Below are positions 24,353 through 32,000 of a stretch of 32,000 nucleotides of DNA, in pieces. The notes beneath the pieces are model-generated. The model did no database searches. It saw nothing but the letters and a program-made list of their open reading frames with translations, and had not been told where the DNA came from. How positions within the stretch are numbered: the stretch's first letter is position 1; each line of letters begins with the position of its first letter. The translations under genes were made by a program, and so were the position numbers. The stretch is from Pyrobaculum aerophilum str. IM2. Lineage in GTDB: Archaea > Thermoproteota > Thermoprotei > Thermoproteales > Thermoproteaceae. The stretch covers positions 1 to 32,000 of the forward strand of contig NC_003364.1 of assembly GCF_000007225.1 (NCBI RefSeq). Direction: 5' to 3'.

Positions 24353-24968
24353 TGGGCACGACTAACACATTGACCTCGGGGTCTATACGCCTCACAGCCT
24401 CTAAAATCCTGTGGGCCTCCCCCTGGCGGCCGGCGGTGAACACGACGAGGCCGTCCACGGTGGGGGCAATTGAGAAGGCGCCTTCTCTGTACAACTCCTC
24501 TGCCCTCTCAATAATTTTTAACAACTCGCCGTAAGACCTCTTAATAGCCGTCTGGTACAGCCTCACGGTTTCGTTCTCCCACGAGAGCTCCCAGGCCCTT
24601 GAGACGTTGAACTGACGCGACGCGATGCCCCCCGGTGAGTAGACGAATACTGTTACGCGTCTGTCGGCCAGCTCTCTGATCTCGGGCTCTACGCCTATTC
24701 TCCTCAACGCCCCCAGCGCCTCTTCCACGCCGGTTTTGCTCAGAAAACAAGTGAAATTAGAGACGCCGTCTGTACACGTAAGCGGCTCGGTGGTCTTTAC
24801 AACGTCGTAATGGGCCAACGCCCCGATTTTGCCAGCCAGAGTGGAGTGGGCCTCTGCGTACTTCAACGCCCTCTCTAGAGCCTCTGTCTGGGCGAAGAAG
24901 TAGACTGTTGCGACTAACACGAGAAGCCCCACAAGCGCAATTCCCAGAAGAATCCACTGAACTCCCAT
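24174..24968 (-). CDS. membrane-anchored extracytoplasmic domain protein; 3' tail runs out-of-frame through the serpin 5' end
   Basis: Start ATG 24968 (MGVQWILLGIALVGLLVLVATVYFF) has an AT-rich box at 24988-24996. After ...NVLVVPIAAPPEPAP the sequence turns Arg/Cys-rich (RLRPLCRGVLQESGGGHTWREPRAV...), as expected for an off-frame reading of the serpin. Confidence 0.55.
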   Translation of the reverse strand: MGVQWILLGIALVGLLVLVATVYFFAQTEALERALKYAEAHSTLAGKIGALAHYDVVKTTEPLTCTDGVSNFTCFLSKTGVEEALGALRRIGVEPEIRELADRRVTVFVYSPGGIASRQFNVSRAWELSWENETVRLYQTAIKRSYGELLKIIERAEELYREGAFSIAPTVDGLVVFTAGRQGEAHRILEAVRRIDPEVNVLVVPIAAPPEPAPNSTIAGRLRPLCRGVLQESGGGHTWREPRAVALLCLQGLCHGLRRSQRRH

Positions 24969-25139
24969 GCGGATCTGCGGACTGGGGAAAATAAATCTCG
25001 CGTACTCCCAGTCTATACACAAAGCAAAGGTACAACGCAAAACTCACATTAGGCATTGACATCAACTTTCCCCTCGACCGTTGGAGAGTTGGGCTTCTTC
25101 GCTTATCTTCACATATCCGCGGTGTATGAACCACTTCCC

Positions 25140-25487
25140 TCAACTCGTTAATAGCTGTAACAACACCTCTACGGCCACTTCCACTTTTTCTAAACCCTCT
25201 TTAAGTAGCTCAACTAGTTGGTCAAGTGGCTGTGTGTGCGAAATCTCAACGGGATTTATTATAGGCAATGACATTTCCTCCGATCTCAACTCCGTTGCTA
25301 ATTTATTATACGTTTTCAAAAACTCGTTGATTTCCTCCAGGCGTTTAATTATAAACTTCTCCAACGTGTCGCTTGCGCCCCGTAACGCCTATGCTATTGC
25401 GTCCCCGGCGATATCACTTAAGAGATCAAAGGCCCTGTCTATCAAATTCACAACATCAGAATTATGTCTCGCCCGCTCAGTGTCCAT
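25140..25487 (-). pseudogene. helical ~115-codon ORF interrupted by an in-frame TAG
   Basis: ATG 25487 gives MDTERARHNSDVVNLIDRAFDLLSDIAGDAIA, then TAG at 25391-25389. The same frame continues ALRGASDTLEKFIIKRLEEINEF... to 25140. The track ORF 25140..25364 is the TTG-started remainder. Confidence 0.4.
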
Positions 25488-25781
25488 ATAAGTTGACGCT
25501 TAGGTAGTTTTAAAATTGTACGCTTACTGAAATACCAACCCATGCTGTGGCCGCTGTGTTCTCTCAGCCGTCTATGAGAGAGACCTTGTTTCAAAGCGCC
25601 TAGTTGCGTTTGGACTAAGGCCGAGATTAGAGCCTAGAGAAAACGACTATAGCAAACCCAGATGTTATCGCGGGCATGTGTTCCCCATTGCGTAGCTCAT
25701 TACTCTTTTTCTGGAAGAGATTGTAAAATTGCCTTAATTATAAAGCGCTATGAGTTAAAAAATGATGGTTATGATTTATCT

Positions 25782-27665
25782 TTATTTCGTCACTTGCCGT
25801 CTTCTACCTGCCGAAGCGACAATTACGGCCAAGCCTACGGCGGCAATTGCTATTAACACTATTACCTCAATGGGGATGCCCGCGGGGGACGGGGCAACTG
25901 TTACTGTGGCGGTCGGCGTGGGGGTTGCAGTCGGCGTAGTTACGGGCGGCGGGCTTGCGGTAGGCGTCGGCGTTTGAGTGGGAGTTGGAGTTGCCGTCTG
26001 CGGAGGCGGCGCCGGCGTGGGCGTCGCAGTCGGCGTCGGTGTAGGCGTTACAGTCGGCGAGGGGCTTGGCGTTGTGGGCGCCGGCGTCTGCTGGCCTATT
26101 TGAATTGTGATTGGCTGGCCGCCGGGAACGGCTATTTGCAGGGCTGTGGGCCTCGTGTATTTGAACTTGTAAATATATGAGGGCTGCTCCTCTAGATAAG
26201 AGGCGAGCACCCTCGTCCCGTTTATTACAATAAAGGGCACGCCCGCGTTGGGATCCTCGGCCCTCAGAACGACGGTCACAACGTCGCCAGGCAAGGGGTT
26301 TCTGGGGAGGACTCTCTCTACTTTTACAGTGGGGGCGAGGACATAGTCGCCTAGGGCAATCCACAGGGGCTTGCCCGTAATTCTAATTGTATACCTTACG
26401 TACTTCCCCAGCGGGTGTTTCTCTACTTTTACCACCTCGGCGCTTCCGTTTAGTGGCTTTACGCCGGAGTATAAGGCGGGGAGGTCGAGAGATATTACCT
26501 GCGGCAGTAGATTGCTGTCGGCGTATATCTGAGCCGCCTTGCTCCCCCACGTCACTACGGCGAAGTTTTTATATGTCCACACTTCTCTCCCCACCTCCAC
26601 GCGCCCGTCTGGGTAGACGACGTAACTCCTAAACCCGTGTGAGGTGTCAATTGAGCCGCCCAGCGTCCTGGTTGTGACGAAGTAAGTCCCGTTGATAACA
26701 ATAGTGGAGTTTCCGCTGTGTACGTGGCCGGCCATCACGAGAGACACTCTGTACCTAATGGTTAAGTTGAGGAATTTCTCAAACGCCGGCCTGTTCTGCA
26801 AGTAGCTTGTGTAGACGATGTAATAGGGCCTCCTTCCCGTGGGATCTCTACTAAGCCTATCAACGTCCTGCGGCCCTTTATAAGTCTCCACTATGTAGGA
26901 GTTTTGAAGGTAGAACGGCGGGTGGTGTATGAGGACTATTTTCACCTTGTCGGGGTACTTCCTCAGCACCTCTTCGTAGAACTTCACTTGCTCGTCTCTT
27001 AAATAGCCGTTGGCGCCGCTGTCAAGCCCAATTATTAAATAAGGCCCTACTACTCTATACCAAACGGGCGGGCCGACGAAGCGCTTGTAATTTACTAGGG
27101 GGTCGTCCCCAGCGTGGTCGTGGTTACCCGGGATTACAAATACGGGCTTAGTTATCATGGAGGCGTATTTTACAAACAGCGCATGGTGCCACAGCTGTCC
27201 CCCCACGTCGGCTTGATCGCCAGTAAAGAACACTACGTCGTACGGCCCGCCGTTTGCGATTAACACTGCGTGTATTAAGCGGTATACAGAGGCCATGTCC
27301 AGCTCAACGCCCATGTGGGCATCTGTAAATTGTATAATCCGGAGCGGTCCCGTGACGTTGCCCACCCACACAGCCTTTGGCTCGTACGCCTCGCCGCCGT
27401 TAATCACAATGTCGTAAAGCCCCAGCGGAGTGTTGGCGGGAACCGCCGCGACTATTACGTTGCCATACGCCTTAAAGCTTAGCTCGATCGGCTTGTCGAG
27501 GCCCGGCGCCGCCAGCGCCACGCTGGAAATGGTAACCGGGGCGTCCAGAGTGATGTTAAAAACGCCACCGGGGGTTACGTAGGCCGGGGCGCCCCACCTG
27601 GGGTCGACAATAGAGGCGGCTATGAGTAAAGAGGAGGCCAGGAGGAGGAAAAAGAGGTTTTTCAT
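25782..27665 (-). CDS. secreted calcineurin-like metallophosphoesterase with Thr/Pro linker and C-terminal TM anchor
   Basis: It has a signal peptide MKNLFFLLLASSLLIAAS. The MPE motifs are FTDAHMG, FFTGDQAD, VIPGNHD, LIHHPP and AGHVHSG. A (T/P)-rich stretch of about 70 aa is followed by IPIEVIVLIAIAAVGLAVIVASAG-RRRQVTK. Confidence 0.85.
   Translation of the reverse strand: MKNLFFLLLASSLLIAASIVDPRWGAPAYVTPGGVFNITLDAPVTISSVALAAPGLDKPIELSFKAYGNVIVAAVPANTPLGLYDIVINGGEAYEPKAVWVGNVTGPLRIIQFTDAHMGVELDMASVYRLIHAVLIANGGPYDVVFFTGDQADVGGQLWHHALFVKYASMITKPVFVIPGNHDHAGDDPLVNYKRFVGPPVWYRVVGPYLIIGLDSGANGYLRDEQVKFYEEVLRKYPDKVKIVLIHHPPFYLQNSYIVETYKGPQDVDRLSRDPTGRRPYYIVYTSYLQNRPAFEKFLNLTIRYRVSLVMAGHVHSGNSTIVINGTYFVTTRTLGGSIDTSHGFRSYVVYPDGRVEVGREVWTYKNFAVVTWGSKAAQIYADSNLLPQVISLDLPALYSGVKPLNGSAEVVKVEKHPLGKYVRYTIRITGKPLWIALGDYVLAPTVKVERVLPRNPLPGDVVTVVLRAEDPNAGVPFIVINGTRVLASYLEEQPSYIYKFKYTRPTALQIAVPGGQPITIQIGQQTPAPTTPSPSPTVTPTPTPTATPTPAPPPQTATPTPTQTPTPTASPPPVTTPTATPTPTATVTVAPSPAGIPIEVIVLIAIAAVGLAVIVASAGRRRQVTK
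25880..26092 (-). repeat. low-complexity GC-rich repeat encoding a Thr/Pro (PTPT) linker
   Basis: It translates as QQTPAPTTPSPSPTVTPTPTPTATPTPAPPPQTATPTPTQTPTPTASPPPVTTPTATPTPTATVTVAPS. It generates spurious long ORFs in other frames. Confidence 0.7.
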
Positions 27666-28992
27666 TACCTCCGCCTAACTGCCAGCACTGCGGCAATTAT
27701 GGCGAAAATTAAAGCAAGGGCCGTGCCGATAAACGCCACAGTCCTGGCGTTGTTGGCCTCCGCCACTGCGGCGTTTAGCTGTTGGCTCAACTGATCCACC
27801 TTTTGGCTGAGGGCGGATATCTGGCCGGACAGCCCGCTGACCTGTCCCGAAACTGCCCCCAGCTGTGATACCGAGCTTTAAGCGCGGAGATGTCGTTTTG
27901 AATCCCGGCCAGGCTGTTCTTCACCGCGGCCACGTCGCTTTTAACAGCTTGTAAATCGCTGGCGACGGAGCTCAGCCCGTTTTGAATTTGCGATATTACC
28001 TGCGCCTGCGACACCATTGTGGAGAGCTCTCTGTAATTCCCAGTGGCCCACAGCATTAAGTTCCTGAAGAACCTCGGCCCGTCTAGCGCCACGCCGTAGT
28101 AAACTGGAGCTACCATGGGCTCATAGGCGCCATACGGCGACTCGCCGGAGAGTATTAACACGCTTCCGCTCGGCATAAACTCCAGCGCCATTAAGGCGAA
28201 TACGCCCTTGTCGCCAGCGGTGTGGGCCTTACCGTCGCGCCCCTTGCCGTCAGCTGAAGTCCTGCTCTCAACTATAGTCCCTGCCGGAGTAGTGCGGGCG
28301 ATGACGAAAATGTTATTATAGTACTTCTGAACGGCGGGACTCGTGGCCGGCACCCAAGTGCCGTTGGGCAGGACCACTGCAATTGCCCCAGGCCCGTGGA
28401 AGAGCACCCTCTGCGCCATGAAGCCCAAAAAGGCCAGTTGAGGCGGCGGGTCGATTACTCCCACTACTCTATACCCTGCTCCGGCGTTGTGCTGGGGATC
28501 CTCCACAGAGACATAATCGACGCGGATGTGGGCCCCGAGGTATTCTGCGATATCGTTACACGCCACTTGCGACTCCTCAGAGCCCTGCGCCGGGTAGTCA
28601 GAGTCGGCGGCGCACCACAAGACTTTCCCTCCCGAGTCAAACCACTTCTTCAATGCGGCGAGCTCAGCCTCTGTGAGGGGCTTAGGCGGCTGGCCGAGGA
28701 TAATTACTTTAAACTGGGAGAGATCTACTGTGGACAAATCGCCTCTAAGCACAACGGCCATTTTAGTGGCGTTTAGCTTGCTGACGACGGCGTCGGGCTG
28801 GGCGCCAGGCGGCAGGAGTATATACAGCTTCGCGAAGTCAGATATTGCCAGCGGGTTCACTGTGGAGTTAACCCAGAAATCAAGCCTTTTAGTTGCCTCG
28901 CCGTGTGATAGATCTGCCAAAACCGGGACGTAGATTTGCTGGGCGGCGACGAGCGCCGCCAAGATTAACACGGGTATTATTTGGGTTCGCAT
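27665..28992 (-). pseudogene. secreted surface protein (globular domain + coiled-coil stalk + TM anchor) split by a 1-nt frameshift at 27877-27879
   Basis: The track ORF 27787..28992 ends in junk (RYHSWGQFRDRSAGCPARYPPSAKRWIS). From 27877 the -1 frame reads SSVSQLGAVSGQVSGLSGQISALSQKVDQLSQQLNAAVAEANNARTVAFIGTALALIFAIIAAVLAVRRR*. Its TAA (27667-27665) overlaps the next gene's ATG as TAATG. Confidence 0.7.
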
Positions 28993-29076
28993 GGAACAGA
29001 AAACTTCTATATTTTAAATATCTAATTCATATGATTTATACGGCCCCTCCTCAAAGATTTAAATAAGTGCTGAAAA

Positions 29077-30612
29077 TTGTTCATGCGAACTGCAACCCTT
29101 GTGGGCATCGCGGTAGCCGTCGTAATAGCCCTAGTTGCTATATACTTCGCCGCCCTGCCTCCCGCGAAGCCATCTCCGTCCACAACCTCCACACCTTCTC
29201 CCACAACACCCAGCGCCACATCTCCGCCGCCACAGCCCCCCGCCTCAACCCCGCCAACGGCCACAACGCCCACGCCCACTACAACCTCGCCGTCCCCAAC
29301 GCCTAGCCCTACGCCTCCGTCTTGCGAAAGGCTGGTGGTGTTAACCCGCCACCCCACTGATATATTAGATCTCACGAGGACGCTGTTTCTCCAAAGCGAC
29401 GTGGCCAAAAAGTACGGGATAAAAGACGTGGTGTTTAGACCCCTCGCGGCGGCTCAGTGGAGGCCTATAATAGAACAGGGACAGGCGGACGTCGCCTGGG
29501 GCGGCGGCCCCACCCTCTTCGACTCCTTGTATAAAGACGGGCTGTTGCTCCCCCTGGAGGGGGATGAGGTAAAAGTCGCAATTGCCCAAATACCCAAGAC
29601 TATTGCAGGCATGCCGATGATGCGCACAGGGCCTGATGGGAAGGTCTACTGGGTGGCGTGGGCTGTGTCCAGCTTCGGCATCACTATAAACACTAAGGTG
29701 TTAAAAACCGTGGGCTTGCCCGAGCCGAAAAGCTGGGCTGATTTAGCTTCACTGAATTACGGAAAGGGAGTCTTGCAGGGCTTCCCAGTAGCCGGCCTTG
29801 CCAGGCTGACCCAGTCAACTAGCAATACGAGAATAGCCGAGATAATCCTCCAGGCCTATGGCTGGGATCAGGGCTGGGTCGTCATTACCCTAACGGCCGC
29901 CAACGGCAAGATATTTGGCGGTAGCGAGGCGGTGAGAGACGCCGTTATTGCCGGCGACATAGGCGCGGGGTGGACAATAGACTTTTACGGCTACACAGCC
30001 CAGTTGCAAAACCCAGACACTAAATACATAATACCGCCGGACACTTCCGTCAACGGCGATCCCATCGCCGTGGTGAAAAACACGAAATGCAGGGCGGCCG
30101 CAGAGGCTTTCGTCGCTTGGGTAATCACCCAGGGTCAAGTAGTGGTCTTCGACCCTAAGATCAACAGAATGCCCGTGAACCCCAACGCGTTTAACACGCC
30201 GCAAGGACAGAAGAGGCCCGACTTAAAGGCGATTTACGACCAATTGCTCACTCTCAAAACTATTAACTTCAACGACACCCTGGCCCTCTCCGTTGAGAAC
30301 GTAGTCATGTACTACTTCGACGCGGCTATTACAGACAACGCCGACATTTTACAACAGGCCTGGGCCAAGCTGTTAGAGGCCTTAAACAGCGGGAAGATAG
30401 ACAGAGCCGCCGCGGAGGCCTTGGCGAAAAAACTAGGCGAGCCCGTAAATTTCACCGACCCAGACACGGGCGAGCAAGTCAAACTCACGCTTGAATACGC
30501 CATGAAAATCAACGACAAACTCGCCGACCCCACTTATAGAGATAAAATCTACGCCGCCTGGAGAGAAGCCGCGAGGAAGAAATACCAAGAAGTGGCCTCC
30601 CAAATTCCCTAA
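29077..30612 (+). CDS. ABC transporter substrate-binding protein (AfuA/FbpA-like family, substrate unknown), N-terminal TM + Thr/Pro linker
   Basis: It has the N-terminal TM LVGIAVAVVIALVAIYFAAL, a Pro/Thr/Ser linker of about 55 aa, then a periplasmic-binding fold (VAWGGGPTLFD, WAVSSFGITIN). Confidence 0.75.
   Translation: MFMRTATLVGIAVAVVIALVAIYFAALPPAKPSPSTTSTPSPTTPSATSPPPQPPASTPPTATTPTPTTTSPSPTPSPTPPSCERLVVLTRHPTDILDLTRTLFLQSDVAKKYGIKDVVFRPLAAAQWRPIIEQGQADVAWGGGPTLFDSLYKDGLLLPLEGDEVKVAIAQIPKTIAGMPMMRTGPDGKVYWVAWAVSSFGITINTKVLKTVGLPEPKSWADLASLNYGKGVLQGFPVAGLARLTQSTSNTRIAEIILQAYGWDQGWVVITLTAANGKIFGGSEAVRDAVIAGDIGAGWTIDFYGYTAQLQNPDTKYIIPPDTSVNGDPIAVVKNTKCRAAAEAFVAWVITQGQVVVFDPKINRMPVNPNAFNTPQGQKRPDLKAIYDQLLTLKTINFNDTLALSVENVVMYYFDAAITDNADILQQAWAKLLEALNSGKIDRAAAEALAKKLGEPVNFTDPDTGEQVKLTLEYAMKINDKLADPTYRDKIYAAWREAARKKYQEVASQIP
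29155..29322 (+). repeat. low-complexity repeat encoding a Pro/Thr/Ser linker
   Basis: It translates as LPPAKPSPSTTSTPSPTTPSATSPPPQPPASTPPTATTPTPTTTSPSPTPSPTPPS. Confidence 0.7.
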
Positions 30613-30628
30613 ACTTTTTTACCCCTGG

Positions 30629-32000
30629 TTATAACACAAAGCCGTACCTCGTCTTCAGAACTCTCGTCGTTAGTGCTATCGCCGCCACTTGTATTAATAC
30701 TAGTACTAGTCCCAGCGTGGCGGCGTCTTGCACGCCGTAAAGCCCGCTCCCAAAACGCTCGCGCATAAAGGCGGTTATGGGCATGGCGGTGTCCTGGCCC
30801 ACCCCTTTTAACACGCCGAGAGTTATGCTGAGGGACACCTCGCTCGTGACGTAAACAAAGCCAATTAAGGCGCCGCTTAGGATATTAGTCTTTAAAAGCG
30901 GGACTAGGATTTTCCTAACCACTCCAAAATATCCCTGGCCTAAGTTCATTGCCACCTCCTCCATGGACTTGTGTATTTGTTGCATTCCTGCGTATATACT
31001 CCTCACGACAAAGGGCAGTTTCCTAACCGAATACCCTATTATGAGGTAAATCTCGGGATGCGTCAAGGGGTCGAGGAGAGAGGCAAGTTGAGGATCTAAG
31101 GGCCTCAGCGCGGAGGAGAACTCGAGGGAGGTCAAGAAGTAGGCGTAGGCAATTACAAGCCCCGGTATGGCTATGGGCATTGTTGCCAAGGCGTCGAGGG
31201 CGTCAGCCGCCGGGCCTTTAGATCTGGCGGCGGCAATTGCAATGGCGATGCCGACGGCTATCATAATTAAAGTGGCCGCCACGCCGTAGTACACAGTGTT
31301 GAGTATTCCCTTTACAAACAGCAGGTTTTGAAAAACCCCCGCCACTCTCTCAACGGCGTTAGCCACGCTCACTCCCTCGGGCAACGGAGAGGTAGTCCAC
31401 CTATCTGCAAAGACCAAGCTCAATGCCCCGAGCAGTGGGGCGGCCGCGATTATCACCAACGGGAAGGCCAAGAGGTAAATCGCCGCCTTTCCCAAGGGCC
31501 CCGGGGCGTACGACTTCGGCCTCAGCTGGCGTATTAACATGGCGTATTGCCTAAGGCCCACGTATTTCCTCACGGCAAGAAAGGCGACTACTGAAATAGA
31601 CAGCAGTATTAACGCCAAGAAGGCCGCAGTGGGGCTTATCTGCCCCCTCACTTGGTCTAGGAATTTAGAATATACTTGATAGGAGAGGAGCTTCCTCGCC
31701 ACGGGGTCGTCTTGGAATATTATAGGCGCTGCCACGTCGTCAATGGCGAATATGAAGACTAATACAAACGCCGCGGCGATGCCGGGGAGAGACAGAGGCA
31801 ATACCACGTCTCTAACAGCCCTCCTCTCGTCTGCGCCGAGGTTATTGGCCACCTCCTCGAGGGTGGGATCTACTTTCGTCAAGGCGGCATAGATATTGAG
31901 GTAGGCAATTGGGAGGAACATCAACGTCTGTACTAACACCACGGCCGCCAAGCCCGAGATCTCCACCCTTAGGGGCACTCCCAACACCTCCGTCAACAGC
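30629..32000 (-). CDS. ABC transporter permease with duplicated MetI-like domains (FbpB/ThiP type), 5' end outside window
   Basis: It is a polytopic membrane protein of more than 455 aa, open to the window edge. Two permease modules are visible, and it is convergent with the binding-protein gene. Confidence 0.8.
   Translation of the reverse strand, partial: LLTEVLGVPLRVEISGLAAVVLVQTLMFLPIAYLNIYAALTKVDPTLEEVANNLGADERRAVRDVVLPLSLPGIAAAFVLVFIFAIDDVAAPIIFQDDPVARKLLSYQVYSKFLDQVRGQISPTAAFLALILLSISVVAFLAVRKYVGLRQYAMLIRQLRPKSYAPGPLGKAAIYLLAFPLVIIAAAPLLGALSLVFADRWTTSPLPEGVSVANAVERVAGVFQNLLFVKGILNTVYYGVAATLIMIAVGIAIAIAAARSKGPAADALDALATMPIAIPGLVIAYAYFLTSLEFSSALRPLDPQLASLLDPLTHPEIYLIIGYSVRKLPFVVRSIYAGMQQIHKSMEEVAMNLGQGYFGVVRKILVPLLKTNILSGALIGFVYVTSEVSLSITLGVLKGVGQDTAMPITAFMRERFGSGLYGVQDAATLGLVLVLIQVAAIALTTRVLKTRYGFVL

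Noticed and set aside
24541-25491. ORFs 24541..24750(-), 24757..25143(-), 25081..25491(+)
   Set aside because: They are off-frame or antisense to better-supported ORFs, Arg-rich or Ser-rich, and lack promoter boxes.
25740-25800. Possible C/D box sRNA (aatgatggttatgatttatc)
   Set aside because: There is no proper RUGAUGA C box paired with a CUGA D box at the right spacing, and the stretch overlaps the 3' end of the metallophosphoesterase gene. An isolated GTGATGA at 20329-20335 likewise lacks D and D' boxes.
25762-26364. ORFs 25762..25977(+), 25867..26364(-), 25974..26180(+)
   Set aside because: These are alternative-frame or antisense readings of the GC-rich PTPT-linker repeat of the metallophosphoesterase gene (Gly/Val or Arg-rich low complexity).
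27865-27890. Programmed -1 ribosomal frameshift at the surface-protein junction
   Set aside because: The sequence gcgcttaaagctcgg has no X XXY YYZ slippery heptamer and no obvious downstream stimulatory structure. A 1-nt indel in the A-run is the simpler explanation.
29022-29408. ORFs 29022..29408(-), 29067..29306(+), 29135..29344(+)
   Set aside because: These have the same cause: off-frame or antisense readings of the Pro/Thr linker repeat in the binding-protein gene.
1-32000. CRISPR arrays, rRNA genes, integrases or transposases
   Set aside because: I found no regularly spaced direct repeats, no rRNA-like conserved stretches, and no ORF with integrase or transposase motifs on either strand.

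Overview
This 32-kb window looks like chromosome from a hyperthermophilic crenarchaeon, probably Thermoproteales or Pyrobaculum-like. The clues are a PaREP1-family gene, an archaeal serpin, a tungstate uptake operon, a GC-rich tRNA with an insertion, and AT-rich TATA-like boxes about 22-27 nt upstream of most start codons, which suggests leaderless mRNAs. All calls are by-eye motif recognition; no search was run. About 40 genes lie on both strands. Housekeeping genes include a Trm10-like methyltransferase, an M19 dipeptidase, QueE, ThrB, a FAU-1-like RNase, an SDR, a cyclase and a GT2 glycosyltransferase. A ModE-like regulator is divergent from tupABC, and an AfuA/FbpB-type ABC importer sits at the right end. 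Several surface-anchored proteins carry Thr/Pro linkers. Toxin-antitoxin-type modules include PaREP1, a fused HEPN-NTase, VapBC and a HEPN+NTase pair. Four things stand out. (1) An AT-rich island of about 1.9 kb (2398-4315) carries a nuclease-less AAA_15/21-type ATPase translationally coupled to a small unrecognisable ORF; this is the best candidate for an undescribed defence-like two-gene system. (2) A 141-nt GC-rich element (16934-17074) is closed by a 17-bp stem and has its own TATA-like box and oligo-T tail, so it is a candidate structured ncRNA of unknown family. (3) A serpin ORF appears to be split by one nucleotide from an upstream membrane-anchor domain. (4) Single-nucleotide or nonsense disruptions recur across the window: a surface protein, the cyclase 3' end, vapB, the serpin junction, an in-frame TAG and a multiply frameshifted coiled-coil gene. 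No CRISPR array, rRNA, integrase or transposase was seen.
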